A DNA stretch of 64,000 nt from a bacterium (GCA_965213625.1 CBDBZU010000004.1:96001-160000); one strand, 5' to 3'. Shown: positions 1 through 11,243, counted from the first letter of the stretch. Notes: generated by a model from the letters alone, not told the origin. Made by a program: numbers and translations.

Positions 1-1593
1 CCTCGGGTCGAACGCGAAGGCGAAGGGTATCAGGAACGAAACGAGGCTCAGGCGAAAGGCGATGAGGCTCGTCTCCATCGAGCCCGCTCCTGAAATTCCC
101 GCTGCGGTGAACGACGCCAGCGCCACCGGCGGCGTGACCATCGAGAGCACGCAGTAGTACATGACGAAGAAATGGGCGGGAAGCTCTGCTATGCCTAAAT
201 CCTTGAGCGCAGGCGCGAACAGAATCGCTCCGATGATGTAGGCGGCGACCGTCGGCAGGCCCATCCCCATGATGAGGCAGCCGATGATGATCAGGAACAT
301 GGCGAAAAACAGCTTGCCGCCCGATGCGCCAATGAGCCCCGAGGAGAACTTGAGCGCCAGGTTCGACTGGATGGCGACGGCGATGATAATCCCGATGGCG
401 GCGATGGGCACGGCAATTTCTGCGGCCTGTCGCGCGCCGTTCCGCACAACTTCGGCCCAGCCTGCGAGGCTCAGCCAGCTCCTGCGGCGAAAGTATGCGA
501 CCACGGCGCACGAAGCCGTACCGATGACGGCGGCGTAGGTGGCCGAAAAACCCGCGACCAGCATGGCGATCAGCGCAAGCGGCGGAAGAAGAAGATAGAG
601 CCTTCCCGCGATGGGTTCCTCGGGTGTCAGTTCGCTCGCCCCGAGCGCGAGCGCGCCCTCGGCCCGTGCCCGCAGGTCGATGAAGATGAAGATAGCGGCG
701 TAGAACGCGAGTGCCGGGATGAGTCCCGCCACTGCGATGCGCGCGTAGGATATCTGCAGCAACTCCGCCATCACGAACGCGGCAATGCCCATGATGGGCG
801 GCATGAGCTGGCCGCCTGTCGAAGCGATGGCCTCCACAGCGCCCGCGTGCGCAGGGCCGTAGCCGGTCTTTCGCATCAGCGGGATGGTGAAGACGCCCGT
901 CGTCGCCACGTTCGCCACCGCGCTGCCGCTGATCGAACCCATCAGGCTCGAACTCACGACAGCGGCCTTCGCAGCGCCTCCGGCGAAGCGTCCCGCCACC
1001 TTGAGCGAGAGGTCGATGAACAACTGCCCGCCGCCTATCCCTGAGTAAACCGCACCGAAGAAAACGAAGTAGAAGACGAACTGCAGCGAAGTCGCCGTCG
1101 TGATCCCCAACACGCCGTTGGTCGTCATGGTCATGATCTCGACCACTTCGTCAATCGTGAAACCCCGGAAGCCGAGTGCGCCGGGCAGCATCTTGCCGAC
1201 GAACGCATAGGCGAAAAATACGAGCAGAACGCCCAGAAGCGGCCAGCCCACCGTGCGGCGCACCCCCTCGAACAACAACACCATGATGAGCGCGAAGGCC
1301 GCCACGTCGACGGCGAGGACCGGGTCGATGGTCTCCATGCGTTCGGTGAGGCGTGTGGATGAGAGGGCGTAATAGGCGAAAACAGCCGCCGTGCCGGCGA
1401 GCAGCAGACCGTCCGTCAGGCGATTGCGCCGCGCCTGAGCGCCAGTTTTATTCAGTGGGTTAAAGAGCAGGACGAGCGCCAGCGCCAGAAGCAGGTGGAT
1501 GGGCCGCTCGACCAGCGGCGCCTGCGGGTAGAAGACGATCCACATCTGGAACGCCAGCCAGACGCCGTCGATACCAAGCTTTTCCATGCGCAT
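1..1593 (-). CDS. TRAP transporter 4TM/12TM fused permease (3' end runs off the window)
   Basis: Open minus-strand frame from ATG at 1593 (MRMEKLGIDGVWLAFQMW...) to position 1. Highly hydrophobic, with DctM-like motifs (GSISGSAVANVATTG, GGQLMPPIMG, GMGLPTVAAY, VTPPVALA). Lies directly downstream of a TAXI receptor. Confidence 0.9.
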   Translation of the reverse strand, partial: MRMEKLGIDGVWLAFQMWIVFYPQAPLVERPIHLLLALALVLLFNPLNKTGAQARRNRLTDGLLLAGTAAVFAYYALSSTRLTERMETIDPVLAVDVAAFALIMVLLFEGVRRTVGWPLLGVLLVFFAYAFVGKMLPGALGFRGFTIDEVVEIMTMTTNGVLGITTATSLQFVFYFVFFGAVYSGIGGGQLFIDLSLKVAGRFAGGAAKAAVVSSSLMGSISGSAVANVATTGVFTIPLMRKTGYGPAHAGAVEAIASTGGQLMPPIMGIAAFVMAELLQISYARIAVAGLIPALAFYAAIFIFIDLRARAEGALALGASELTPEEPIAGRLYLLLPPLALIAMLVAGFSATYAAVIGTASCAVVAYFRRRSWLSLAGWAEVVRNGARQAAEIAVPIAAIGIIIAVAIQSNLALKFSSGLIGASGGKLFFAMFLIIIGCLIMGMGLPTVAAYIIGAILFAPALKDLGIAELPAHFFVMYYCVLSMVTPPVALASFTAAGISGAGSMETSLIAFRLSLVSFLIPFAFAFDPR

Positions 1594-1667
1594 GGTTCAT
1601 GAAACCCCGATGCGAGGAAACGGAGCGGAAGACGAAACTCGTCGTCCCCCGCCCCGTCGTGGTCGGT

Positions 1668-2681
1668 CTACAGCCAGCCTTTTTCCTTGAAATACTTCGC
1701 GGCGCCCGGATGGAGCGGCACCCCGACGTTCGCCGTTTTGCCACCATTTTTGGGCTTGAAGAATCTCCAGGCCGCGTGGGCCTTGCCCATGGCCTTCTTG
1801 TTCTCGGCCAGCGTTTTCGTGATGGTGTAGGCGAGTGAATCCGACATGTCCTTGTGCGCGATGAGCACCGTTCCGAGGTCGACCGCCATTACCTTGCCCT
1901 TGATGCCCTTGAACCACTTGCCCGGCACGGCCGCCGTCCGCAGGCCATTGGCGGCGAGGGCCTTGAGCGCCTTTTGGGGGAAACTCAGGAAGCGCATCGC
2001 GTTGGTGGTCGTGACTTCCGTCACCGTCGGGTGCCTCGGGATGGCGACCTCGAAGTAGAGGTCCGCCCTGCCGTCCTTGATGATCGCCGGAATCTGGTTC
2101 GCGGCCACCTGGATAATCTTGCCGCCCCGCGCCTTCATGTCCTTGCGGCTGGTTCCCAGCGCGGCCATGAGCATGTCGGCGACGACGGGGACGGTGCTGC
2201 CCGCAGGCTTCATGACGATGCGCGCGGGCGGCTTGGAGAGCATCGCTTTTTCGAGCGTGTCGTTGCCCGTCCGCTTGATGTAGCTCTCCGTCACCATAGC
2301 TGTGACGCGCACCTTGTTCAGTCCGCCGATGAGCGCGCGGATGTTGTTGTGCTTTTGCTTGTATACACCCTTCAAGCCGTTGTATGCCCAAAGTGCGGAG
2401 GCGACGTTCGAAAGCGCGATGGTCGCCTTTTTCTTGTCCACGGCGGCGGGATTGCTCACGCCTCCGCCGCGCGCGATCACTTCGGGGTTGCTGCCCTTGG
2501 GCAGGCTGGGCTTGAGCAACTGCGCCAGCGTGGCGCCGAAGACGTACCAGGCCGAACCGGGCCGCATCGCGCCGATACTGAAAGAATCGGCGGCGTATGC
2601 CGCAGGGCCCGCGCCCGTTATCAGGGCCGTCAGTAAAAGGCCGAGCATCAACCCCTTGAAGCGCATTCTTTTTCTGAGCAT
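1668..2681 (-). CDS. TAXI-family TRAP solute-binding protein
   Basis: Signal peptide, 'GAMRPGSAWY' N-terminal motif and 'VPLHPGAAKYFKEKG' C-terminus typical of TAXI receptors. Confidence 0.9.
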   Translation of the reverse strand: MLRKRMRFKGLMLGLLLTALITGAGPAAYAADSFSIGAMRPGSAWYVFGATLAQLLKPSLPKGSNPEVIARGGGVSNPAAVDKKKATIALSNVASALWAYNGLKGVYKQKHNNIRALIGGLNKVRVTAMVTESYIKRTGNDTLEKAMLSKPPARIVMKPAGSTVPVVADMLMAALGTSRKDMKARGGKIIQVAANQIPAIIKDGRADLYFEVAIPRHPTVTEVTTTNAMRFLSFPQKALKALAANGLRTAAVPGKWFKGIKGKVMAVDLGTVLIAHKDMSDSLAYTITKTLAENKKAMGKAHAAWRFFKPKNGGKTANVGVPLHPGAAKYFKEKGWL

Positions 2682-2723
2682 GGGTTTCCTCCCCTCTTTG
2701 GTTTGTCCTTGAGAGACGAATGT

Positions 2724-3677
2724 TTATCCGGTAGTCGCGGTTTCGAGTTTCAGCAGGCCCGATTGCTCCACGGCGTTTTTGATCGCCTCGAACGTGCGTC
2801 CCTTGGCCACCTCGCTCGGCGGACGCACGACGGGCGATTTGAAGCGCCCGGCGAGCACCATCGCCGTTTTCATGCGCGCGTGCGCCTCCCCTGAGGGCTC
2901 GCCGCTCGAATATACGACTTCCTTGAGCGGTAGAATCTGCGCCTGTATCTCCTGCGCGCGGTGCAGGTCGCCCGCCTTGACGGCCTCATAGAGCGCCACG
3001 ATGAGGTCGGGAATGAACGAGGCGAACCCGACGAGCGCGCCGTCCACGCCCTGCACCATCGAGGCGAGGAGATATTCGTCGTGACAGGTGAGGATCGTCG
3101 TATCGGGCGCGTTCTCGCGGATGGAGGCGATGTCGCGCGCGTATTGGGACATCTCGCGCGTGCCGACCTTGAAGCAGGTCACCCAGGGAATCCTCCCGAG
3201 TTCGCCCAGAAGCTCCGAGCTGTAGCTCGCCTTCGTCCACGCGGGATACACGTGCACCACCAGGTTCAGGTCGGACGCCTCGCCGACTGCCGTGAAGTAG
3301 TCGATGACGTGCTGCGGCCGGTGTCCGAAACGCAGCCAGTGGTGAAACGGCATCACGAGCAGCCCGTCGGCACCGGCTTCCCGGGCCATCTTGGCTTGTT
3401 CGATACCGTCGCGGATGCCCTCGCACGCAAGACCCGAGATGACCGGCACGCTTCCGCCTACGGCGTCAGCGACGATCCGCGTCACCTCGGCGCGTTCGCG
3501 TGCGGTAAATGAGAATACCTCGCCCGTGTGGCCGTTGGTGACGAGCCCGTTCACACCCTCGAATCCGGCCAGCCACCGGGAAAAACGGCGAAGCTCGGCC
3601 TCATCAATATCCATGTTGTCCAGCATGGGAACCTGCATCGCGGGCAGGATTCCCGAATAGCTTCTGCGTTCCACCAT
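2724..3677 (-). CDS. Dihydrodipicolinate synthase (DapA/NAL) family lyase/aldolase, not true DapA
   Basis: TIM-barrel family motifs. NGHTGE replaces GTTGE; probable Schiff-base Lys in CFKVG. Confidence 0.85.
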   Translation of the reverse strand: MVERRSYSGILPAMQVPMLDNMDIDEAELRRFSRWLAGFEGVNGLVTNGHTGEVFSFTARERAEVTRIVADAVGGSVPVISGLACEGIRDGIEQAKMAREAGADGLLVMPFHHWLRFGHRPQHVIDYFTAVGEASDLNLVVHVYPAWTKASYSSELLGELGRIPWVTCFKVGTREMSQYARDIASIRENAPDTTILTCHDEYLLASMVQGVDGALVGFASFIPDLIVALYEAVKAGDLHRAQEIQAQILPLKEVVYSSGEPSGEAHARMKTAMVLAGRFKSPVVRPPSEVAKGRTFEAIKNAVEQSGLLKLETATTG

Positions 3678-3900
3678 ATCGTGCTCTCCTTCTTGACGTT
3701 TCCGCCGCCGGGTTCTGCGGCGAAATAAACGGATTTTTCAGCGCCGGGGCGCTCATCTGTCGAACCAATGGTAGTCGGTTATTTTAGCCGAGCGGATATG
3801 AAATGCAATCGGGAGACTCGATCCTCACTTCATCTACAGCAAGGAATTCCCGGCTCACGCCTCTCGACCGGCCATTTTCTGTGAAACCAGTACGCCCGCC

Positions 3901-5427
3901 TTAGTCATCGATAACGCTCACCTCTGGCTCCAGTTCCATCAGAGCGGCCAGGGCCTCGAAGCGGCGCACGACGACCTCGCCTAGCATATTCCGGTCGCGG
4001 CGGCGGTACTTCAGCTTGAGAGAACCCCGGCGCGTCGACGGCTTGACCGAAAAACGCCCCAGCAGGCCGGGAACGCCGCCGCACAGAGTCTCGCCCAGGC
4101 GCACGGCGGAGCCGATGATGCGCGCGCGACCGGCGGTCTCCTCATCCAGCAGCCGCACGACGGTGCGCAATTCCCCTTGGGTATCCCGGCTCGTATAACG
4201 CCCGTAAACGGCCAGCGCGAGAAACACCCGCTCCTCGTGGCTGACGTGTAATGCGCGCGCATGCAGCACCTCGGCGCAGGCCTGGGCGGCCCGGTAATCG
4301 GGGTGCACCCGCCAGCCGACGTCGCTGAGCAGGCAGACGGCGTGACGCAGGCGCAGCTCGGACGCGCTCTCGCTGGGAAAAAGGCTTTCCGTCCACTCGA
4401 GCAGTTCAGGAGCATGGTCGGGAAACCGCGCGGTGCGGGAATGAATGTCGCCCACCGCACTGAGCAGCGGGTCCTCGTTCCGGACCCGCTTCCCCAGACA
4501 AGCATAAGCGAGTCCCTCGCGCAGACCGTGCGCGGAGAAGACGACGTCACGCGGCGCAGTGACCGCCAGCAGGCGTTCCATCACAAGTGCGGCGAGCGGC
4601 AGCAAATCGAGCCGCCTGCCCGATACGCCCCGAATTCCCGTCAGCGATTCCCGGCTCTGGCGGGATATCAGATCGGCGATTTGCTCGAGGTCGCCGCGGC
4701 TCAGCCGGTAATGATGAATGATGTTGAGCGGATAGCCCGAATGCGACATGTGGGCGTGCGCCAAAGCCCGCCAGTTGCCGCCGACGGCATAGAAAGTACG
4801 CTTGCGCATTTTGGTGAGCCAGGGCAACTCGGCCAAAGCCTCTTCGATAATCTTGCGCGCGCGCTTGCGCTGGCCGCCCGAGGCGGCGAAGAGGTTGAGC
4901 GGCCCGAGGGGCAGCGTCGCCTGCTCGGATATAACGCCATCGACCAGGTGGACCAGTTCGAGGCTGCCGCCGCCCAGGTCGCCCACGACGCCGTCCGCCC
5001 CCGGCGCTCCGCTCAACACGCCGAGCGCCGCCATCTCCGCTTCTTCGGCGCCGGAGAGCACACGCACGCGAAAACCGCACCGCCGCTCCACCTCGTCGAC
5101 GAACTTGGCCCCATCCTCGGCGTCGCGCACCGCCGCGGTGGCGATGGCGTCGAAGCGCGTCACCCCCATCGCGCGCAACAGGACGCCAAAGCGCTCGATG
5201 TTCAGGAGCGCCTGTTCGATGCCTTCCGGATTGAGCCTGCCGGTATCGTGTAAATTGCGGCCCAGGCCGCACAGGATTCTTTCGTTGAACAGAGGCAGGG
5301 GCGCGCGCAGCAACCCCTCGAACACGACCAGTCGGATCGAGTTGGAACCAATGTCGATTACGCCGTAGCGTTCGTGAGAGCCGGTCGCCTCATCGACGAG
5401 GCCTGGTCGTTCAACCGTCTTCCGCAA
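3901..5427 (-). CDS. ppx: Exopolyphosphatase Ppx/GppA
   Basis: [26 protein letters not shown] and GLREG motifs; overlaps the ppk1 stop. Confidence 0.93.
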   Translation of the reverse strand: MRKTVERPGLVDEATGSHERYGVIDIGSNSIRLVVFEGLLRAPLPLFNERILCGLGRNLHDTGRLNPEGIEQALLNIERFGVLLRAMGVTRFDAIATAAVRDAEDGAKFVDEVERRCGFRVRVLSGAEEAEMAALGVLSGAPGADGVVGDLGGGSLELVHLVDGVISEQATLPLGPLNLFAASGGQRKRARKIIEEALAELPWLTKMRKRTFYAVGGNWRALAHAHMSHSGYPLNIIHHYRLSRGDLEQIADLISRQSRESLTGIRGVSGRRLDLLPLAALVMERLLAVTAPRDVVFSAHGLREGLAYACLGKRVRNEDPLLSAVGDIHSRTARFPDHAPELLEWTESLFPSESASELRLRHAVCLLSDVGWRVHPDYRAAQACAEVLHARALHVSHEERVFLALAVYGRYTSRDTQGELRTVVRLLDEETAGRARIIGSAVRLGETLCGGVPGLLGRFSVKPSTRRGSLKLKYRRRDRNMLGEVVVRRFEALAALMELEPEVSVIDD

Positions 5428-7570
5428 TACGCAACCTCGCCGGGCCGCCGGCCCGCCTGAGCGCGCTTCCGCGACCGGACAGACTCGGATTTGTCATGAA
5501 ATAGGTGTGCGCCGTAAAATCTTCTTCCCCGAGCGGCGCGCGCTCGTAGTCGCCGTCGCCGGCCATGTTCCAGCTTTGCGCATCGTCCTTGTAATTCGCC
5601 ACCATGATCTGGTCGAGCACCTGCTGGTGCACGGTATCGTTCTCTATCGGCACCAGCACCTCGCAGCGGCGGTCGAAATTGCGCGGCATCCAGTCGGCCG
5701 AGGTGATGAACACCTTCGCGTGAGGCGAGGGCAGCGGGTGGCCGTTGGCGAAACACACGATGCGCGAATGCTCCAGAAAACGCCCGATGATGCTCTTGAC
5801 CCGGATGTTCTCCGACAAACCCGGCACGCCCGGACGCAGGCAGCAGATGCCGCGCACCACCAGGTCGACCTGCACGCCTGCGGCGCTCGCCTGGTAGAGC
5901 TTGTCGATCACCGTCCCGTCGACGAGAGAATTCATCTTCGCCCACACCCCCGCCGGCCGGCCCGCTTCGGCGTTGGCTATCTCATCGTCAATCATCTCCA
6001 GGACGGATTTCCGAAGCCCCGAGGGCGCCACGGCGACGCACTCGAAACTTGCCGGCAGCGCATAGCCGGTCGTCAGGTTGAACACTTGCGCGGCGTCATG
6101 GGCGAGACGCTCATCGCAGGTGAAAAACGAGAGGTCCGTATAAATGCGTGCGGTAATCGGATGGTAGTTGCCTGTGCCGAAGTGCACGTAGCTCCGCAGA
6201 TCTTCTCCCTCGCGCCGCACGACGCAGGTGACCTTGGCGTGGGTCTTGAGCTTCATGAAGCCATAGACCACGTGGACGCCGGCGCGCTCCAGCGAGCGAG
6301 AGAGCTTGAGGTTGGTCTCCTCATCGAAGCGCGCCTTGAGTTCCACCATCGCGGTGACCGATTTGCCCGATTCCGCCGCCGCAATGAGCGCCCTGACGAT
6401 GGGCGACTCGTCAGTCGTCCGGTAGAGCGTCTGCTTGATGGCCAGCACGTTCGGGTCGGCCGCCGCCTGCTCGAGAAACTGCACCACCACGTCGAAACTC
6501 TCGTAGGGGTGGTGGACGACAATGTCCTTGTGGCGGATCGCCGCGAAGCAATCGTTGTCGTACTCGCGGATGCGCTCGGGAAAGCGCGCCCGGTACTCAG
6601 GGAAAATCAGGTCCGGCCGCCCGCAATCGATTAGCTCATCGAGTTGCGCCATGCCGATGGTGCCGGTCAGTTCCACGATGTCATCGGGCTGCGCGTCGAA
6701 CTCGTCAATCACCAGCTCGCGCAGCGAATCCGGCATATCGGCGCTCAGGTTCAGGCGCACCACACCACCGAGCCTTCGCCTGCGCAGCATGGTCTCGAAC
6801 AACAGGACGAGGTCTTCGGCCTCTTCTTCATATTCGATATCGCTGTCGCGGATGAGGCGGAACACGCCGCTGCCGACGATCCGGTAGCCGGGGAACAGCT
6901 GATCGATGAACAGTCGCACCAGATTCTCCAGCGCGATGAAGCGGACCTCCTCTCCCGGCAGGCGTATGAAGCGGCGCACCTGATCGGGCAGCGGCACCAG
7001 CGCCCGCATCTTCCGGGCGCCCTCGATGGCTTCGAGCTCCAGCGCCAGGGAGAATCCGCGATTTGCAATGAAGGGAAACGGGTGCGCCGGGTCGATGGCG
7101 AGCGGCGTCAGCACGGGGAAGACCTGCTTGAGGAAGTAGTCGCCCAGCCATTCGACCTCCTCCGCACTCAAGTCTTTTGCAGCGACCACCGATATACCGA
7201 CCTCGGCGAGTTCAACTTGTAAACGCCGCCACACCGCTTCCTGTTCGCGAATCAGCCGCGCGCTCTCCCGGGAGACTTCGGCCAACTGCTCGGCGGGCGT
7301 GCGGCCATCGAGGCTTTTCTGGGTCACGCCGTTCGCCACCTGTCCCTTGAGGCCCGCCAGACGCACCATGAAGAATTCATCGAGGTTGCTCGCCGAAATC
7401 GAGAGGAAGCGCAGGCGCTCGAGCACGGGGTGGCGGGGGTTGCTCGCCTCAGCGAGCACGCGCCAGTTGAAGGAGAGCCAGGAAAGCTCGCGATTCAGAT
7501 AGCGGCGGCGCGGATCGAGGATAGGCTCGGCGGCGACGGCGGAGGATTCATCTTCGGCCAGGCGCGACAT
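5411..7570 (-). CDS. ppk1: Polyphosphate kinase 1
   Basis: [44 protein letters not shown] and SADWMPRN motifs. Start chosen at ATG 7570. Confidence 0.96.
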   Translation of the reverse strand: MSRLAEDESSAVAAEPILDPRRRYLNRELSWLSFNWRVLAEASNPRHPVLERLRFLSISASNLDEFFMVRLAGLKGQVANGVTQKSLDGRTPAEQLAEVSRESARLIREQEAVWRRLQVELAEVGISVVAAKDLSAEEVEWLGDYFLKQVFPVLTPLAIDPAHPFPFIANRGFSLALELEAIEGARKMRALVPLPDQVRRFIRLPGEEVRFIALENLVRLFIDQLFPGYRIVGSGVFRLIRDSDIEYEEEAEDLVLLFETMLRRRRLGGVVRLNLSADMPDSLRELVIDEFDAQPDDIVELTGTIGMAQLDELIDCGRPDLIFPEYRARFPERIREYDNDCFAAIRHKDIVVHHPYESFDVVVQFLEQAAADPNVLAIKQTLYRTTDESPIVRALIAAAESGKSVTAMVELKARFDEETNLKLSRSLERAGVHVVYGFMKLKTHAKVTCVVRREGEDLRSYVHFGTGNYHPITARIYTDLSFFTCDERLAHDAAQVFNLTTGYALPASFECVAVAPSGLRKSVLEMIDDEIANAEAGRPAGVWAKMNSLVDGTVIDKLYQASAAGVQVDLVVRGICCLRPGVPGLSENIRVKSIIGRFLEHSRIVCFANGHPLPSPHAKVFITSADWMPRNFDRRCEVLVPIENDTVHQQVLDQIMVANYKDDAQSWNMAGDGDYERAPLGEEDFTAHTYFMTNPSLSGRGSALRRAGGPARLRIAEDG

Positions 7571-7808
7571 GCTCTGCGTCCTCTTTGGATGCCTTGTGGA
7601 ACATACCGAATCAAGGCGACGCGAACCCGGACGGATTGTTCGTAACAACCGGAAAGACCCGGGCGACGCCGCCTCGAAGTCGGACGCATTGTAATCCGCG
7701 TGAATTGCGGAATGCAATGGAGCGCAGGGCTAAGATGGTTTGGAATTCAAGAGAATTGGGTGAACATGGCGGTGAACGTAAAGATGTGACCACATCACGG
7801 CCACCATA

Positions 7809-8060
7809 CTAGTTTCCGAACAGGCGCTGATTCACTTCATCCCGCGTCAGTCCAAAGCGCACAGCGACATCGGATACTATCGCGCTTAAAGTGCCCACAC
7901 GTATATGGCTATGTTTCGGGATAGTGACGTTATGCTCCGCCCCCTGGACTACGGCAGTCAGTGTCATGTGACTGCCTTTCTGGCGAGCGTGTCGATAGCC
8001 GAAGTGGCGTCTTAACAACCCGGCCAACTCATCACCGGATATATCACGGGGCAATCTCAT
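7809..8060 (-). CDS. hicA: HicA-family toxin
   Basis: 83 aa basic protein with RQKGSH motif and 'VTIPKH...GTL..I'; overlaps the upstream HicB-like ORF by 4 nt. Confidence 0.85.
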   Translation of the reverse strand: MRLPRDISGDELAGLLRRHFGYRHARQKGSHMTLTAVVQGAEHNVTIPKHSHIRVGTLSAIVSDVAVRFGLTRDEVNQRLFGN

Positions 8061-8272
8061 ACTGCGATAACTTCGTCCTTGACGAGATGTAACCTGACTA
8101 TTCCGGGCGCGTCCTCTTCCCCGAAATGGCAAAGCACCGCTTCTCTGACCATAGACTTCAGGTCGTCCCAGTCCTTCCCCTGGGTGAAGATACTGTAGCC
8201 CAGCGCCTTGGCGTCATAGCCGCCTTCTACGGCTTCGGTCACTTCGAAAATTACTTCGCTTGGTTTCATCAT
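8057..8272 (-). CDS. hicB: Short HicB-family antitoxin (no C-terminal DNA-binding domain)
   Basis: EGGY.A....SIFTQG.DWDDLK.MVREAV pattern of the HicB partial RNase H fold; paired with hicA. Confidence 0.75.
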   Translation of the reverse strand: MMKPSEVIFEVTEAVEGGYDAKALGYSIFTQGKDWDDLKSMVREAVLCHFGEEDAPGIVRLHLVKDEVIAV

Positions 8273-8761
8273 CAGCCTCGCGTTCACGAAAAACAAAATA
8301 TAGCAAGTAATGGTTTAGCAAACTAGCCCAAATGAGGATGCCTGAGCCAATACTTTCATCTCAAAAACTTACCCATCCTCATTGAAACCGGTTTGGAGGG
8401 CAGTATGAAGTACGATGACCTCCCCTTCATTCGGCCCGGACCGGCCGGGTTCTGATCAATGCGAAGCTCACACCGGCCGACACGCATTTTCTCCATATTG
8501 ACGGAGATTCGTCTTGTTCCCGTATTTCATGAATCACCCGCATTCAAACCCGCATCCCGGCGCATATTCGGGGTCGACGTGAATAAGGTTTTCCGGCGCC
8601 CGGCGGTCCCGACAATCCTGACCTCGGTTGTAACGCTCGCTGCTTCGCAGAAAGGACTTTTTCGCCTACGATGGGGCTATGCCGAGAGAGAGGCGGAAGC
8701 CCCGCCCCCGAACCTCGATCATATCGCCGAGCCCGGTCTAAAACGTCTTAAGGAGCGAGAA

Positions 8762-10276
8762 ATGCAAACGAGACCGAACGTCCTCTTGATCAATACCGAC
8801 CACTGGTCCTCGCCCCTGCTTGGGGCGGCGGGGCACCCCTGCATCCTGACGCCGACGCTCGACACCTTCTGCAAAAACGGCGTGCGCTTCACGAACGCTT
8901 ATTCCGAACACCCGTTCTGCATACCGGCGAGGCGGTCGCTCATGACCGGCGCCAGCGCCCGCGCCCACGGCGACCGCGTTTTCAGCCCGACGATGCTGAT
9001 GCCCGACCACCTGCCGACGATGGCGCAGACCTTCCGCGACGCGGGCTATCAGGCGTACGCAGTGGGGAAGATTCACGTATATCCCCAGCGCGATCGCATC
9101 GGCTTCGACGACGTCATCCTGGACGATGAGGGCCGCTCGATTTACAACGTCGCGGATGATTACGACATTTATCTCGGCGACATCGGCTACACGGGCCGCC
9201 AGTTCGATCACGGCATGGGGAACAACCAGTACACCTACCGGGCATGGCATCTGCCCGAGGCGACGCACCCCACGAACTGGACCACCCGCATGATGGCGCG
9301 CACAATCAAGAGGCGCGACCCGATGCGGCCGGCTTTCTGGTATCTCTCCTACCGCCATCCGCATCCGCCGCTCGTGCCGCTGCAGGCCTACCTGGATATC
9401 TACCGCGATATTCCCATCGACGAGCCGTTCGTGGGCGAATGGGCGCGCGAGCGCGACAGGCTCCCCTATAACGCGCAGGCCACCCAGTCGCGCGGCGACC
9501 TGTACGGTGAAGGGGCGATTATCGACGCGCGCCGGGCGTTCTACGCGCTGTGCACCCATATCGAGCACCAGATCCGGATCATCATCGGCACCCTGCGCGA
9601 GGAAAGCCTCACCAACGACACGATAATCTGCTTCACGTCCGATCACGGCGACATGCTCGGCAACCACGGCATGTGGGCCAAGCGCGTCTTCTACGAATAC
9701 TCCGCCGGGATTCCGATGATCCTGGCGGGTCTCCCGGACGATGCACGCGTAGGCTCGGGCCGCGTCGACGACCGCCTCGTCTGCCTGCAGGACGTCATGC
9801 CCACCCTGCTCGACCTATGCGACATCGATATCCCCGAGACGGTGGAGGGCCTCTCGATGGTCGGCGAGGAGAAGCGGGAATTCCTCTTCGGCGAGGCGGG
9901 CGAGGATGCGCATTGCTCCCGAATGGTTCACGACGGGCGCCACAAGCTCATCTACTACCCGGTCGGACACTTCTTCCAGCTCTTCGATTTACAAGTTGAC
10001 CCGAACGAACTCGTGGACCTCTTCACGGACCCCGACTACGCTGACGTACTATCCCGGTTGAGTGAGACGCTGGAGGGACAGATGTACGGAAGCGACGAAA
10101 AGTGGCTCGAAAACGGAAAGCTCGTCGGCGAGCCGGGCCGGCGGTTCAAGCCTGGCCCCGACCGCACGCTGTCCGCCATGCGCGGAGACCAGTGGCCGTT
10201 TCCCCCGGCCACCGAAGAAGGCTTTCTGGAGTGGTTCCCGGAGACGAAGAGCAAGGAGACCGACGACGCCGGTTGA
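8762..10276 (+). CDS. Cys-type sulfatase (arylsulfatase/choline-sulfatase family)
   Basis: PNVLLI.TD, CIPARRSLMTG (CxPxR), GKIH, PHPP and SDHGDMLG motifs. Start chosen at ATG 8762. Confidence 0.92.
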   Translation: MQTRPNVLLINTDHWSSPLLGAAGHPCILTPTLDTFCKNGVRFTNAYSEHPFCIPARRSLMTGASARAHGDRVFSPTMLMPDHLPTMAQTFRDAGYQAYAVGKIHVYPQRDRIGFDDVILDDEGRSIYNVADDYDIYLGDIGYTGRQFDHGMGNNQYTYRAWHLPEATHPTNWTTRMMARTIKRRDPMRPAFWYLSYRHPHPPLVPLQAYLDIYRDIPIDEPFVGEWARERDRLPYNAQATQSRGDLYGEGAIIDARRAFYALCTHIEHQIRIIIGTLREESLTNDTIICFTSDHGDMLGNHGMWAKRVFYEYSAGIPMILAGLPDDARVGSGRVDDRLVCLQDVMPTLLDLCDIDIPETVEGLSMVGEEKREFLFGEAGEDAHCSRMVHDGRHKLIYYPVGHFFQLFDLQVDPNELVDLFTDPDYADVLSRLSETLEGQMYGSDEKWLENGKLVGEPGRRFKPGPDRTLSAMRGDQWPFPPATEEGFLEWFPETKSKETDDAG

Positions 10277-10346
10277 GGGGCCTGAGTGAATCTCGGCAGG
10301 GGGGGTAATTACACGGCGTCTTTTCGTTCCTGAGAAGTCAGTTTGG

Positions 10347-10377
10347 TTGTATTTCTGGTGGAGACGGCGGGGAATCG
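10347..10377 (-). repeat. Degenerate duplicate of the tmRNA 3' end (att-like scar)
   Basis: TTGTATTTCTGGTGGAGACGGCGGGGAATCG here versus TTGTATTTTGGTGGAGGCGGCGGGAATCG at 11268-11296. Confidence 0.75.
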
Positions 10378-10410
10378 CGCAAGGCTACCGTCGCGGGCGT
10401 CTTCGCGCGC

Positions 10411-11226
10411 CTATTCGTCGAGTTGCGCGCTCTTCACGATGTATCCGCCGGACTTTTTGTCGAATTCCAGTTTCAGCATCCCGCGGGCTTTCGCGTCTTC
10501 GAGCAAGTGTTTGAACGTTTTGTATCCGTGATAGGATTCGCTGAATCCCGGTTTGCGGCGTTTCAGGGCCTGCTTCACCATCGATCCCCAGACCTTTTCT
10601 TCCTCGCCCCGCTCCCGGGACAAGTCCTCGGTCGTCTCCAGGACCAGATTGAGCCCTTCCAGCCGTTTTTCCTCGTCGCCGTCGACGACTTTCTTTCTTC
10701 CGGCGCGGGCGGTCGGCCGCTTCCGTTTGGCCTTTCCCTGTTTTTCGGTCTCGCGCATCAAGTCGTCGTAAAAGATGAACTCGTCGCAGCTCGAGGTCAG
10801 CAAGTCGGAGGTCGAGTTCTTTACGCCGACGCCGACAACCACCTTGTTGTTCTCGCGGAGCTTGCTGACCAAAGGCGAAAAATCGGAATCGCCGCTGATA
10901 ATCACGAAAGTATCGACGTGCGCCTTGGTATAGCAGAGGTCCAATGCGTCGACGACCATGCGGATGTCGGCGGAGTTCTTGCCGGACATGCGGACATGCG
11001 GTATTTCGATCAACTCGAAGGCCGCCTCGTGCATGGGAGCCTTGAATTCCTTGTAGCGCGCCCAGTTGCAATATGCCTTCTTGACGACAATGCTGCCCCT
11101 GAGCAGTAAGCGCTCCAGCACTCTTTGAATATCAAAATCCGCGTATTTGGCTTCGCGCACGCCAAGGGCGATATTTTCGAAATCACAAAACAGAGCCAAG
11201 TTCTGAATCGTGCTTTTTTCGTTCAT
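10411..11226 (-). CDS. NYN (LabA/DUF88, PIN-like) domain protein with C-terminal OST-HTH/LOTUS domain
   Basis: LFCDFEN, KNSADIRMVVD and SGDSDF motifs; C-terminal 'FSESYHGYKTFKHLLE'. Confidence 0.9.
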   Translation of the reverse strand: MNEKSTIQNLALFCDFENIALGVREAKYADFDIQRVLERLLLRGSIVVKKAYCNWARYKEFKAPMHEAAFELIEIPHVRMSGKNSADIRMVVDALDLCYTKAHVDTFVIISGDSDFSPLVSKLRENNKVVVGVGVKNSTSDLLTSSCDEFIFYDDLMRETEKQGKAKRKRPTARAGRKKVVDGDEEKRLEGLNLVLETTEDLSRERGEEEKVWGSMVKQALKRRKPGFSESYHGYKTFKHLLEDAKARGMLKLEFDKKSGGYIVKSAQLDE

Positions 11227-11243
11227 TTAAACTCCTGTTCGAT

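Noticed and set aside
8459-8761. N-terminal extensions in the ORF track (sulfatase; also ppk1, amgK, the GNAT at 52056 and the cupin at 42309)
   Set aside because: Family homology and RBS positions point to downstream starts, so the extensions are not extra domains.
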